Shown here: in pieces, positions 9,674-17,665 of the stretch
Position numbering within the stretch: the first letter of the stretch is position 1
Layout of the letters: the number at the start of each line of letters is the position of its first letter
Source of the DNA: Candidatus Eiseniibacteriota bacterium
GTDB lineage: Bacteria > Eisenbacteria > RBG-16-71-46
Direction: 5' to 3'
Assembly (NCBI GenBank): GCA_031366795.1
Contig: JANLOX010000365.1
Location: 1 to 18,058 of the forward strand
DNA: 18,058 nt
Position numbers and translations under genes: made by a program
Notes under the pieces: generated by a model
Database searches by the model: none
Told to the model about the DNA's origin: nothing
The model's input: the letters and a program-made list of their open reading frames with translations, nothing else

Positions 9674-11070
9674 ACACAAGTGATGTACCCACGCCGCGCG
9701 GCGGCGAATCTCCGGGACAGGTGAGCGCAGTTCCGCCCTCGTCGGTCCATCAGCCCCCGCCGGGTGCGCACCTGATGAACATCGTGCGCTGGGTGTTGTT
9801 CGCATTTCTGCTGGTGCTGGCGGTAGTCAGCATCGGCAGCTATGTGATGTCCAAGCGGCCCGCACCAGCCGCGGCCGGCGGCCCGCGCCGGATCCTCCTC
9901 TACCGGAACCCGATGAACCCGTCGGCCACGTCACCCGTCCCGATGAAGGACAACATGGGAATGGACTACATTCCCGTCTATTCGGACGAGGGGCGCGGGG
10001 TGACGGGTAAACGGGGAGACGTCCCAGGGCTCACCGCGGTGGACATTACACCCGAACGCCTTCAGCTCATCGGGGTGCGCACCGCACGGGTCGAGCGCTC
10101 GGCAATGGGCGGTCAGCTCGATCTGGTCGGATTCGTCACGCCGAACGAATCACGACTCCGGCGCGTGCAGATCCGCGTCTCCGGATGGATCCGCAAACTC
10201 TACGTGAACGAGACCGGCATCCGCGTGAGTGCTGGCCAGCCGCTGATGTCGATCTACAGCCCGGAACTCTTCCAGAGCGAACAGGAATACCTGATCAACG
10301 GGGGAGGAGGGGCGCACGGGCCGGACACGGCGCACAGCATGCCGGACCCGACGTCCGCGGAGCGGCTCCGGTTGCTCGGTGTCCCGGACGACGAGATCCA
10401 CCGGCTCGAGCGTGAGGGCAAGGCGTCTACTCAGTTGGTGCTGCGCTCGCCGGTCACTGGCACTGTGCTCGAGCGCGGGGTCGTCGAGGGCCAGTATGTG
10501 GGCGCGGATACGCCGCTGTTCACGGTCGCGGACCTCTCGCACCTCTGGGTGATGGCGGATCTCTACGAGATGGACATGACGCGTGTCCATCTCGGGGATC
10601 GGGCGCGATTCACGACCGATGCCACGCTCGGGCGGGTGTTCGAGGGCCGGGTGGAGTTCATCTACCCGACAGTCTCCAACGAGACGCGAACGTTGAAAGT
10701 CCGGCTGGCTCTCGCGAACACCGATGGGGCGCTCCGCCCGGGCATGTACGGGCGGGTCAGCGTGTCAGCGCGAGGTGTCCACGCTCTCTCGGTGCCGGCG
10801 GAGGCCGTGGTCAACGCCGGCCAGCACTCCTACGTGTTCATCGCACACGGTGGGGGACATTTCGAGCCGCGCCTCGTATGGACAGGCATGCCCGAGGGCG
10901 ATCGCGTCCAGATCCTGAAGGGTGTGGCTGAGGGCGACACGGTCGTATCGAGCGCGTCGTTCTTGATCGATTCCGAGAGCCGACTGAAGGCGGCGATAGC
11001 CGGCTTGGGCGCGCAGGGCGGCACCGCCCGCATGCCGGGAATGGACCATTCGGCGGGAGGCGCAAAATGA
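9670..11070 (+). CDS. cusB: CusB-like RND periplasmic adaptor subunit
   Basis: N-terminal TM, Met-rich metal-binding segment YRNPMNP...MKDNMGMDYIPVY, YSPEL, IYPTV...TRT, LRPGMY and FLIDSES. ATGA overlap with the upstream gene. Confidence 0.9.
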   Translation: MNTSDVPTPRGGESPGQVSAVPPSSVHQPPPGAHLMNIVRWVLFAFLLVLAVVSIGSYVMSKRPAPAAAGGPRRILLYRNPMNPSATSPVPMKDNMGMDYIPVYSDEGRGVTGKRGDVPGLTAVDITPERLQLIGVRTARVERSAMGGQLDLVGFVTPNESRLRRVQIRVSGWIRKLYVNETGIRVSAGQPLMSIYSPELFQSEQEYLINGGGGAHGPDTAHSMPDPTSAERLRLLGVPDDEIHRLEREGKASTQLVLRSPVTGTVLERGVVEGQYVGADTPLFTVADLSHLWVMADLYEMDMTRVHLGDRARFTTDATLGRVFEGRVEFIYPTVSNETRTLKVRLALANTDGALRPGMYGRVSVSARGVHALSVPAEAVVNAGQHSYVFIAHGGGHFEPRLVWTGMPEGDRVQILKGVAEGDTVVSSASFLIDSESRLKAAIAGLGAQGGTARMPGMDHSAGGAK

Positions 11071-14000
11071 TCGGCCGTATCATCGAGTACTGCGCGACCC
11101 ATCGGGCGCTGGTGTTCATCTTCACCGCCTTCGCAATCGTCGGGTCCATCATCGCCGTCAAGAGCGTTCCATTGGACGCCATCCCGGATCTCTCGGATCC
11201 CCAGGTAATCGTGTTCACCGAGTGGATGGGAAGGAGCCCGGATCTGGTCGAGGATCAGGTCACCTATCCGATCGTGTCGTCCCTGCTGGGCGCCCCTCAG
11301 GTCGAAGCCGTCCGCGGGCAGTCGATGTTCGGGATGAGCTTCGTCTACGTGATCTTCAAAGAGGGAACGAATCTCTACTGGGCTCGCAGTCGCGTGCTTG
11401 AGTATATGAGCAGCATTCGATCGCGGCTGCCGCAGGGCGTCAACCCCGTGCTGGGGCCCGACGCAACGTCCGTGGGCTGGGTATTCCAATACGCGCTCGT
11501 GGACAAGTCTGGCCGCCACGACCTGTCCGAACTCCGGACGTTCCAGGACTTCAACCTGCGCTACGCACTGGCAAGCGTACCCGGGGTCGCCGAGGTGGCC
11601 TCGGTAGGGGGCTACCAGAAGCAGTACCAGGTTGAGGTCAATCCTGAAAAGTTGCATGCGTACGGCCTCTCGCTTGCCGATGTCACGGGCGCGATCCGCC
11701 GCAGCAACTCCGATGTTGGCGGCCGCGTCATGGAGATGTCGGGGCGCGAGTATTTCGTGCGCGGTCGCGGTTACGTGAAGGATCTCGACGACCTGCGCAA
11801 GGTCGCGCTGGGCGCCGACAAGCGCACCGGCACGCCCATCCGGGTGGGCGACGTGGGCACGGTCACGTTCGGTCCCGATATTCGCCGCGGTGTCACCGAG
11901 CTGGACGGTGAGGGTGAGGCGGTCGGCGGCACGATCGTGATGCGCTACGGCGAGAACGCGCTCCAGGTGATCGGGCGCGTAAAGGCGAAACTCGCGGAGC
12001 TCAAACCGTCGTTTCCGACGGGTGTCGAAATCAAGGTGGTGTACGACCGCTCAGGGCTCATCGACCGGGCCGTCGAGACGCTCCGTCACACGCTGCTCGA
12101 AGAAGGCATTGTCGTGAGCGTGATCATATTCATCTTTCTGCTGCATTTCCGCAGCACGCTGGTGCCGGTGCTTTCGCTTCCGGTGGCGGTCGGGCTGGCG
12201 TTCGTGCCGATGTACTTCTTGGGCATCAACTCGAACATCATGAGCCTGGGCGGCATCGCGATCGCGATCGGCGCCATGGTGGATGCCGCAATCGTACTGG
12301 TCGAGAACGCACACAAGCACCTGGAGACCGCGCCACCCGGCGCCGACCGGCAGCGAGTGATCATCGAGGCGGCGAAGGAAGTGGGCCCGCCCATCTTCTT
12401 CTCGCTGCTCATCATCACCGTGGCGTTCCTGCCGATCTTCGGCCTCAACGGCCAGGCGGGCCGGCTGTTCAAGCCGCTCGCGTTCACCAAGACGTTCTCC
12501 ATGGGCTTCGCCGCCTTGGTCTCCATCACGCTCTCCCCAGCGCTCATGGCACTCTTCATCCGGGGCAAGCTCAGGCACGAGAAGGACCATCCCGTCTCGC
12601 GCGCCATGATCTCGGTGTATCGGCCGTTCGCGTGGGTGGCGCTCAAGAACCCAAAGACGACAATCGCGATCGGGCTTGCCGCGGTGCTTGCAACCGTGCC
12701 GATGGCGATGCGGCTGGGCAATGAGTTCATGCCTCCGTTGAACGAGGGGGACATGCTGTACATGCCGACGACGTTTCCCAACATCTCGATCGAGGAGGCG
12801 AAGCGCTATGTGCAGGTTCAGGACCGCCTGATTCGGACCGTGCCGGAGGTGGAGACGGTGTTCGGCAAGGCGGGTCGCTCCGAGACCCCGACCGATCCTG
12901 CGCCACTGTCGATGGTCGAGACCATGGTGAAGTTACGGCCGCGCGAGCAGTGGCGGATGCTCGAACAAAAGCGCTGGTACTCGGGCTGGGCACCCGCGTG
13001 GCTCAAACCCGTGTACCGGCCATTCTGGCCAGACCACCGCCGCATCACGTGGCAGGAGCTGACCGAGGAGCTCAACCGTACGGTGCAGATCCCCGGCTGG
13101 ACCAATGCTTGGACCATGCCGATCAAGACGCGCATCGACATGCTCTCGACGGGCATCCGCACGCCGATCGGGGTCAAGATCTTCGGCGCCAGCCTCGACA
13201 CTATCGAGCGGATCGGGATGGACCTCGAGCGCACGATCTCGAAGGTGCCGAACACGCGCAGCGTGTATTCAGACCGCAGCACCGGCGGGTTCTATGTCGA
13301 CATCATCCCCAATCGCGAGGCACTCGCGCGTTACGGCCTGACGCTGGGCGAGGTGCAGGATGTCATCGAAGCTGCGGTGGGAGGTCAGCCCATCGACGTA
13401 ACGGTCGAAGGGCGAAATCGGTTCAGCATCAATGTCCGCTATCCGCGCGAGCTACGGCAAGACGTCGAGCAGCTGAAGCATGTGCTTGTACCGCTGCACG
13501 GCGCGGCTGGCACGGCGCCGGCCCCCGGTATGGGCGGAGGGATGAGCACTGTTCCGGAAGCGGGCCAAGTGCTGCTCGCTTCGGCGGGCATCTCCGACGC
13601 CGGCGACGACTATCTCGCCCAGTCGATGGAGAGTTCGGGGGGAAAGCGAAGCCCTGGCACCCGTCCCGGCATGGGAGGAGCGACCTCCGGCGGTGGGATG
13701 GGTGGTTCCGGCGGGATGAGCGGTGGCGGGCAGGGAAACGTCTTGCCGCCCGGCCCCTCGGGTCCTTCTGGGGTCGGTTTGTGGCCGGAGCCGAGCGGGC
13801 CCCACGTGCCGCTCGGGCAGGTCGCCGAGGTCCGCGTCGTCACAGGGCCGCCCATGATTCGCGACGAGGCCGGCATGCTCACCGGCTACGTCTATGTGGA
13901 CATGGATGTTGCGAAGAAGGACATCGGCTCGTACGTGGACGAGGCGAAGAAGTCCGTGGAGAAGGAAATCAGGCTGCCGTCGGGGTACTTCCTCAAGTGG

Positions 14001-14585
14001 ACCGGACAATACGAGTTGCTGCAGCAAATGCAGGCCCGGATGCGATTCCTCGTGCCGCTGACGCTCGTCATCGTGCTGCTGCTGCTGTACATGAACTTCG
14101 GGAACCTGCCCGAGGCGCTCATCGTGCTCGCCTCGGTGCCGTTCGCGCTGGTGGGGAGCATCTGGCTCATGGCGATCCTGCATTACAATCTATCCACAGC
14201 CGTATGGGTGGGCATCATCGCCCTGGTCGGACTCGCGACGCAGACCGGCGTCGTGATGGTGGTGTACTGCGACAGCTCCTATCACAAGTACAAGGCCGAG
14301 GGTCGCATCCGAAGTCTCGACGACATCGTCGAGGCTACGCTCGAGGGCTCCGTCCAGCGCGTGCGGCCCAAACTGATGACCGTGGCAACGATGATGATCG
14401 GCCTCGTGCCGCTATTGTGGTCGCAGGGCGCCGGTGCAGACGTCATGAAGCGAGTCGCCGCGCCGATGGTGGGAGGACTATTCACCTCGGCCTTCCTGAC
14501 GCTCGAGATCATCCCGGTCGTCTATACCTACTGGCGCTACGCGCAACTGCGCAAGGAACAGCGCCAACTGAAGGTGGTGGCATGA
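11067..14585 (+). CDS. cusA: CusA/SilA-type Cu(I)/Ag(I) HME-RND efflux pump
   Basis: LDAIPDLSDPQVI, LGPDATSVGW, NIMSLGGIAIAIGAMVDAAI, Met-triad contexts LYMP / PLSMVET / WTMPIKTRIDML, and RVRPKLMT. ATGA overlap with cusB. Confidence 0.95.
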   Translation: MIGRIIEYCATHRALVFIFTAFAIVGSIIAVKSVPLDAIPDLSDPQVIVFTEWMGRSPDLVEDQVTYPIVSSLLGAPQVEAVRGQSMFGMSFVYVIFKEGTNLYWARSRVLEYMSSIRSRLPQGVNPVLGPDATSVGWVFQYALVDKSGRHDLSELRTFQDFNLRYALASVPGVAEVASVGGYQKQYQVEVNPEKLHAYGLSLADVTGAIRRSNSDVGGRVMEMSGREYFVRGRGYVKDLDDLRKVALGADKRTGTPIRVGDVGTVTFGPDIRRGVTELDGEGEAVGGTIVMRYGENALQVIGRVKAKLAELKPSFPTGVEIKVVYDRSGLIDRAVETLRHTLLEEGIVVSVIIFIFLLHFRSTLVPVLSLPVAVGLAFVPMYFLGINSNIMSLGGIAIAIGAMVDAAIVLVENAHKHLETAPPGADRQRVIIEAAKEVGPPIFFSLLIITVAFLPIFGLNGQAGRLFKPLAFTKTFSMGFAALVSITLSPALMALFIRGKLRHEKDHPVSRAMISVYRPFAWVALKNPKTTIAIGLAAVLATVPMAMRLGNEFMPPLNEGDMLYMPTTFPNISIEEAKRYVQVQDRLIRTVPEVETVFGKAGRSETPTDPAPLSMVETMVKLRPREQWRMLEQKRWYSGWAPAWLKPVYRPFWPDHRRITWQELTEELNRTVQIPGWTNAWTMPIKTRIDMLSTGIRTPIGVKIFGASLDTIERIGMDLERTISKVPNTRSVYSDRSTGGFYVDIIPNREALARYGLTLGEVQDVIEAAVGGQPIDVTVEGRNRFSINVRYPRELRQDVEQLKHVLVPLHGAAGTAPAPGMGGGMSTVPEAGQVLLASAGISDAGDDYLAQSMESSGGKRSPGTRPGMGGATSGGGMGGSGGMSGGGQGNVLPPGPSGPSGVGLWPEPSGPHVPLGQVAEVRVVTGPPMIRDEAGMLTGYVYVDMDVAKKDIGSYVDEAKKSVEKEIRLPSGYFLKWTGQYELLQQMQARMRFLVPLTLVIVLLLLYMNFGNLPEALIVLASVPFALVGSIWLMAILHYNLSTAVWVGIIALVGLATQTGVVMVVYCDSSYHKYKAEGRIRSLDDIVEATLEGSVQRVRPKLMTVATMMIGLVPLLWSQGAGADVMKRVAAPMVGGLFTSAFLTLEIIPVVYTYWRYAQLRKEQRQLKVVA

Positions 14586-15316
14586 AAGCGACCGTCTTGT
14601 TCTTGGCTGCTGTCACGACGGCAATGGGGTTGATTGCGGCGAGTGCGATCTCCGCGGCCGAAATGGTCGCCCCGGATTCGACCGCGATGGCCCAGATGGA
14701 ATGGGCGTACGACACGTGGACCGTGCCGTGGGTTCAGGTGAAGGGCGCTGCCCCGGCGCTCGCCCCGGCATCACACGCGACGCTCATGGTGCTCGCGTGC
14801 CAGACGGCGAATCTGGAGCGCGACCGGGTGGCCCGGCATCTGAGCCGCGAGGAATGCGAGCACCGGATGGGAGCGATTCGCGCTGGTCAGGACTCGGCGC
14901 TCATCTTCCGCCTTGATCTGCGCGCCTTTTCCTTCCCGCGCTCAAGTGGCTTGGTCCGGCTGGATCGGCTCACCACGGTGACCTTGGAGGACGACCGTGG
15001 GCGGCAATGGAAACCGATCGAAGTCCGGCGAGGGCCGGCAGTCCAGGTCGCCACCGGGCTCAAGCTCGAGCGGATTTACTATCACCCACCTTGGCTGCGC
15101 GGATCACAGCACCTCTACCCCGACCAGTACGACCCGGGATCGGGGCGAGATCTGACTGTGGCCGAGCACTTCGTCTTTTTCACCCGGCGTGATCCTCGAT
15201 CTGGAGATACCGTTGCGAGCAGCCGGACGCGCTGGCTGCGCATCCGACTGAGTTCGCCCGGCTATGAGTGGGTTGCGATGTGGACATTTCGCCAGTCAGA
15301 GGGCAGCTCGCTATGA
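14582..15316 (+). CDS. Exported hypothetical protein, 244 aa, translationally coupled to cusA
   Basis: ATG 14582 overlaps the cusA stop (ATGA). Signal-peptide-like N-terminus MKATVLFLAAVTTAMGLIAASAISA. It is the C-terminal part of the 788-aa track ORF. Confidence 0.75.
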   Translation: MKATVLFLAAVTTAMGLIAASAISAAEMVAPDSTAMAQMEWAYDTWTVPWVQVKGAAPALAPASHATLMVLACQTANLERDRVARHLSREECEHRMGAIRAGQDSALIFRLDLRAFSFPRSSGLVRLDRLTTVTLEDDRGRQWKPIEVRRGPAVQVATGLKLERIYYHPPWLRGSQHLYPDQYDPGSGRDLTVAEHFVFFTRRDPRSGDTVASSRTRWLRIRLSSPGYEWVAMWTFRQSEGSSL

Positions 15317-15427
15317 GGTTCCTGAGACTGAGCGGCGCGAACACCTGATGGCGAGTTGATCATGCGATCCTCAATGCGGAGCCATGCGGGACTCCGGATT
15401 CTTGAAGCAAGGGGGGTAAAGAGAACC

Positions 15428-16102
15428 ATGGACGATCTTAGTGGGATCCGGCAGCAGCTAGCCACGCTTCTCGATAACGCAGCAAAGCGGCAGGCGGATG
15501 AGCAGTCCACCCGGGCGAAGGATATGCAGGAGTTCGAGACGCGACGCAGCCGATTCGAGCAGCTGGCCGGCACCTGGGCGTCCGATCTCGTTGTGCCACG
15601 TCTTCAGGCGCTTGCCGAGTCGTTGCCGCAAGCCGGAGAAGTTGAGCGGTTCCACGGCGGGTGTTGCGCGCGCCTGACGTTCGCCTGGTCAAAAGAGCTT
15701 CCGGTTTCCGCGTCCTTGACCGTGTCCATTGTCCCCGGCGGCCCAAACGAGCGTGCTTGCGTCCAGATTGAGCCCCGCCTGATTCCAATGCTCGTAGGAC
15801 ACCCACCCGTGGCAAGCAGGGAATTCGATCTGGAGCCCCTCGATACGCAATCCCTGACGGAGTTTCTGGACCAAGAGATCCTCACGTTTGCGGAACATTA
15901 TCTACGAATTCGGGAGCCGGCATCGCCGTATCAGCAGCAGGTGCTGGTCAAGGACCCCGTATGCGGGATGACGATTCGTCAATCGGATGCCGTCGAGACG
16001 CACACCCACGGCGGAAAGCAATACTACTTCTGCGCGCCCTTGTGCGCCGAGCGGTTCCGGCAGGACCCCGAGAGCTATTTGCGATGGTCGTCGCTTGCTT
16101 AA
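15428..16102 (+). CDS. YHS-domain-containing protein
   Basis: C-terminal KDPVCGM...HGGKQYYFCAPLCAERFRQDPESY is a typical YHS/TRASH signature. The N-terminus is helical and unassigned. Start chosen at ATG 15428 after purine-rich GGGGGGTAAAGAG. Confidence 0.82.
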   Translation: MDDLSGIRQQLATLLDNAAKRQADEQSTRAKDMQEFETRRSRFEQLAGTWASDLVVPRLQALAESLPQAGEVERFHGGCCARLTFAWSKELPVSASLTVSIVPGGPNERACVQIEPRLIPMLVGHPPVASREFDLEPLDTQSLTEFLDQEILTFAEHYLRIREPASPYQQQVLVKDPVCGMTIRQSDAVETHTHGGKQYYFCAPLCAERFRQDPESYLRWSSLA

Positions 16103-16197
16103 CCCCATCCCTACTGAAGCCGTCGTCGTCGATCCCCCAGTCGCCTGAAGTAGGGCTGGCATCAATAACGGTTTGCACCCATGACCGCAGCACCCAC

Positions 16198-16368
16198 ATG
16201 AAAGCCATCATTCACTGGCAGCACATGCTTGTATTCGCAAGCCTCCACCAGCGTTTCGCGCTGCCGCTCAACGAGCCGGTGCGCGTCCCGATTCTGGCGA
16301 GTGAAGGCGGGACCGTGAGTTACGAGTGCGGCATGAAGATGTTCGGCGGCCGAGTTATCATCCGGTAG
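16198..16368 (+). pseudogene. Remnant (C-terminal half) of a cupredoxin-like/CupA-type domain
   Basis: LVFASLHQRFALPLNEPVRVPILASEGGTVSYECGMKMFGGRVIIR matches the LPLN...CGMxMxxG pattern of cupredoxin-like domains. No N-terminal half, signal peptide or clear SD is visible. The 5' boundary is approximate. Confidence 0.55.
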
Positions 16369-16453
16369 CGGCGCCGCTCATCCCCCCCGAGCGCGGCATG
16401 GACCCTATTCGCGGTGGAAGCCAATGAAGAAAGAAAAGCAGTCGGAGCGAACC

Positions 16454-17350
16454 ATGTACGACGTCGTAATTATCGGCGCCGGACCCGCGGGCTTGAGCGC
16501 AGGCCTCATCCTGGGGCGGTGCCGCAGGCGCGTCCTGATCTGCGACAGCGGCCATCCGCGAAACACCGTGTCCGGTGGGGTGAACGGCTTCCTGTCGCGG
16601 GACGGCATCAGGCCCGCCGAGTTCCGCCGGATCGGGCGGGAACAACTCGGCGCCTATGCCAGCGTCGAGATTCGCGACATCGGGGTGTCGGATGTCGAGC
16701 ACGCGGAGGGTAGGTTCGTTGCGGCGCTGGCCGACGGGACGCGCGCCACGTCCCGAAAACTGCTGATCGCCACCGGGGTCGTTGATGAGCTTCCCGAAAT
16801 TCAGGGGCTTCGTGAGCTTTACGGAACGAGCGTATTTCATTGCCCCTACTGCGATGGCTGGGAGCTGCGCGACCAGCCGCTGGCCATCTATGGGCGCGGC
16901 GAGCAAGGCCTCGGCTTGGCTCTTGAGCTCACGGCATGGAGCGGGGACCTAATCCTCTGCACCGACGGTCCGGCGGAACTCCCGCCGGCCGATCTCGAAC
17001 GTCTTTCCCGCAATGGCATCGGTGTTCGCGAGGATCGGATTGCGGCGCTTGAGGGTACCGAAGGTGTGCTGGCCCAAATTCGTTTCGTAACCGGGGACAC
17101 GCTCGCGCGACGAGGTTTATTCTTCAGCACCGGTCACCATCAGAGTGCCGCCTTCGCGCGGAAACTCGGTTGCGCGTTCACCGAAAAAGGTGCCGTGGAC
17201 ACCGGTCTCTATGAAGCCACGAATATTCCGGGCGTGTTCGTGGCCGGCGACGCTTCACGCTTCGTGCAGCTCACGATCGTCGCGGCGGCCGAAGGCGCCG
17301 AAGCGGCATTCGCCATCAATACGCAGCTACTCAATGAGGATCTTCAATGA
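16454..17350 (+). CDS. FAD-dependent pyridine nucleotide-disulfide (thioredoxin-reductase-like) oxidoreductase
   Basis: DVVIIGAGPAG, LIATG, HCPYCDGWE and TNIPGVFVAGD. Start at ATG 16454 (GGAG at 16444-16447); ATG 16424 is the alternative. Confidence 0.9.
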   Translation: MYDVVIIGAGPAGLSAGLILGRCRRRVLICDSGHPRNTVSGGVNGFLSRDGIRPAEFRRIGREQLGAYASVEIRDIGVSDVEHAEGRFVAALADGTRATSRKLLIATGVVDELPEIQGLRELYGTSVFHCPYCDGWELRDQPLAIYGRGEQGLGLALELTAWSGDLILCTDGPAELPPADLERLSRNGIGVREDRIAALEGTEGVLAQIRFVTGDTLARRGLFFSTGHHQSAAFARKLGCAFTEKGAVDTGLYEATNIPGVFVAGDASRFVQLTIVAAAEGAEAAFAINTQLLNEDLQ

Positions 17351-17403
17351 GCGCGGCTCGGCCGCGATCCGGGCGAGGATGTCCTGGGCGGCGGGCCGCA
17401 CCG

Positions 17404-17433
17404 GTCGGGCTCACTTGGGCAAGCCCGATTTGT
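17404..17433 (+). terminator. Possible weak intrinsic terminator after the oxidoreductase
   Basis: TCGGGCT (17405-17411) and AGCCCGA (17422-17428) form a 7-bp stem with a 10-nt loop, followed by only TTTGT. Confidence 0.3.
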
Positions 17434-17589
17434 CCGCCTCATCCTTGAAGTTTGCGCCACTCACGAATGTTAGAAACGACCGACCGCCGGCGTCGAACCC
17501 CGGCTCACTGGCGCGCTCAAATGCCGAGGTCCGGAGCAAACGCCCGTCGCCGTAGTGAGTTGGAAAAGCTCTCCGCAAAAGCATGCTCG

Positions 17590-17605
17590 TGGCACGTGGC
17601 TTGCG
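17590..17605 (+). promoter_or_regulatory. Putative sigma54 (-24/-12) promoter for the DUF305 gene
   Basis: TGGCACGTGGCTTGCG matches the TGGCACG-N4-TTGC consensus exactly. It is intergenic, 60 nt upstream of ATG 17666. Confidence 0.75.
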
Positions 17606-17665
17606 GCTTCCATGGCGCAATCCGGCCACCACGTCCGATGGGAGTTTTTCGCGGAGGTATTCCCG

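Noticed and set aside
12950..14581. 788-aa ORF overlapping cusA, suggesting an overprinted gene or frameshift fusion
   Set aside because: The first part is Arg/Gly/Ala-rich off-frame translation of cusA. The real gene starts at the ATGA overlap at 14582, and no slippery site was seen.
17557..17571. GAGT-N7-GCTC, resembling a ZraR-type site
   Set aside because: Single imperfect copy only about 20 bp from the -24 box, too close for a typical enhancer.
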